A DNA stretch of 64,000 nt. Source: Blastomonas sp. (GTDB lineage Bacteria > Pseudomonadota > Alphaproteobacteria > Sphingomonadales > Sphingomonadaceae). Position 1 is the first letter of the stretch, and each line of letters opens with the position of its first letter. Made by a program: the position numbers and the translations under genes. Of the stretch, positions 63,449 through 64,000 are shown one piece after another. The notes under the pieces were generated by a model. That model did not search any database. It saw only the letters and a program-made list of their open reading frames with translations, and had not been told where the DNA came from. The stretch is from the NCBI GenBank assembly GCA_041396885.1, contig JAWKXS010000006.1, forward strand, positions 60,655 to 124,654. The letters run 5' to 3'.

Positions 63449-64000
63449 TTAAAACCAGAATCGCAAGCCCACGACGTAATTCGTCACGCTCGCGTCTTCC
63501 CCTGCGGCGCGTGCAAAATCGGCGCTTTGTCCAATCCGCCATTCCTGGGAAACGCCGACATAAGGCGCGAATTCGCGTGCGAACTCGTAGCGAAGACGCA
63601 GACCTGCCTCGATCCGGTCGAGACCTGAGCCGATACCCAGTTCAGGAATATCCTGCGCCGAAAGAGCGATTTCGGCACGCGGCTGAAGGATCAGCCGCTG
63701 CGTGATGCGCTGATCAAGCTCGCCCTCAAAGCGCGCGGTTACATCACCCTTGTTCGATACGAACGCCGCGACGTCTACCTCGAACTGGTAGGGAGCAATG
63801 CCCTGTATGCCAATGACAGCATGGGTGCGCTCGGGTCCTGTTAAATCCTGGCGCACACCTGTCTGTAGGTCGAAAAAGGGAGCGATCGCCCGGCTCCAGA
63901 GTGCCTGGACTTCGGCTCCCTCGACAGGCTCACCGAAGCTGCCTTCGCCCTCGGATTTGAACCAGAACTTGTCGATATCACCACCATAATAGCCCTGGAT
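63449..64000 (-). CDS. copB: Copper resistance protein B (outer membrane), 5'-partial at the window edge
   Basis: The frame is open to position 64000. My translation of the extension gives IQGYYGGDIDKFWFKSEGEG...AEVQALWSRAIAPFFDLQTGVRQD. The C-terminus is GLRFWF. Confidence 0.8.
   Translation of the reverse strand: MQGYYGGDIDKFWFKSEGEGSFGEPVEGAEVQALWSRAIAPFFDLQTGVRQDLTGPERTHAVIGIQGIAPYQFEVDVAAFVSNKGDVTARFEGELDQRITQRLILQPRAEIALSAQDIPELGIGSGLDRIEAGLRLRYEFAREFAPYVGVSQEWRIGQSADFARAAGEDASVTNYVVGLRFWF

Overview
High-GC alphaproteobacterial chromosome segment; Sphingomonadales is my guess from gene content and is not verified. About two thirds is ordinary housekeeping: serS, dksA, panB, guaA, gyrB, dinB, the hisB-H-A-F-E operon, sspB, fumC and gmk. 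The accessory content has five parts. (1) A 2,766-bp IS1-family-like element (102-2867) has perfect 19-bp inverted repeats and an 8-bp target duplication. Upstream of its transposase it carries a translationally coupled three-gene passenger operon. The centre of that operon is an AT-rich, double-sized HslV/20S-beta-like N-terminal-nucleophile hydrolase with no ATPase partner. This is my best candidate for an undescribed system. (2) A 496-aa Ser/Gly/Thr low-complexity protein made of nested tandem repeats ends in a PEP-CTERM-like tail. (3) A ~15.6-kb acyl-CoA metabolism cluster (34.2-49.8 kb) holds five ACAD genes, including a split ACAD10/11-like kinase plus dehydrogenase pair and an ATGA-coupled alpha/beta-type ACAD pair. 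A TonB receptor, sulfatase and TetR locus follows it. (4) Two identical inverted copies of a 1,266-bp IS3-family element destroy a 2-oxoacid dehydrogenase E2-lpd operon. One copy has a 4-bp duplication. The other has none and marks a rearrangement breakpoint. (5) Beyond that breakpoint is a fragment of a copper-resistance island, with copB running off the window. I found no rRNA, tRNA or CRISPR. Functional calls come from motifs I recognise in the supplied translations; no database search was run.
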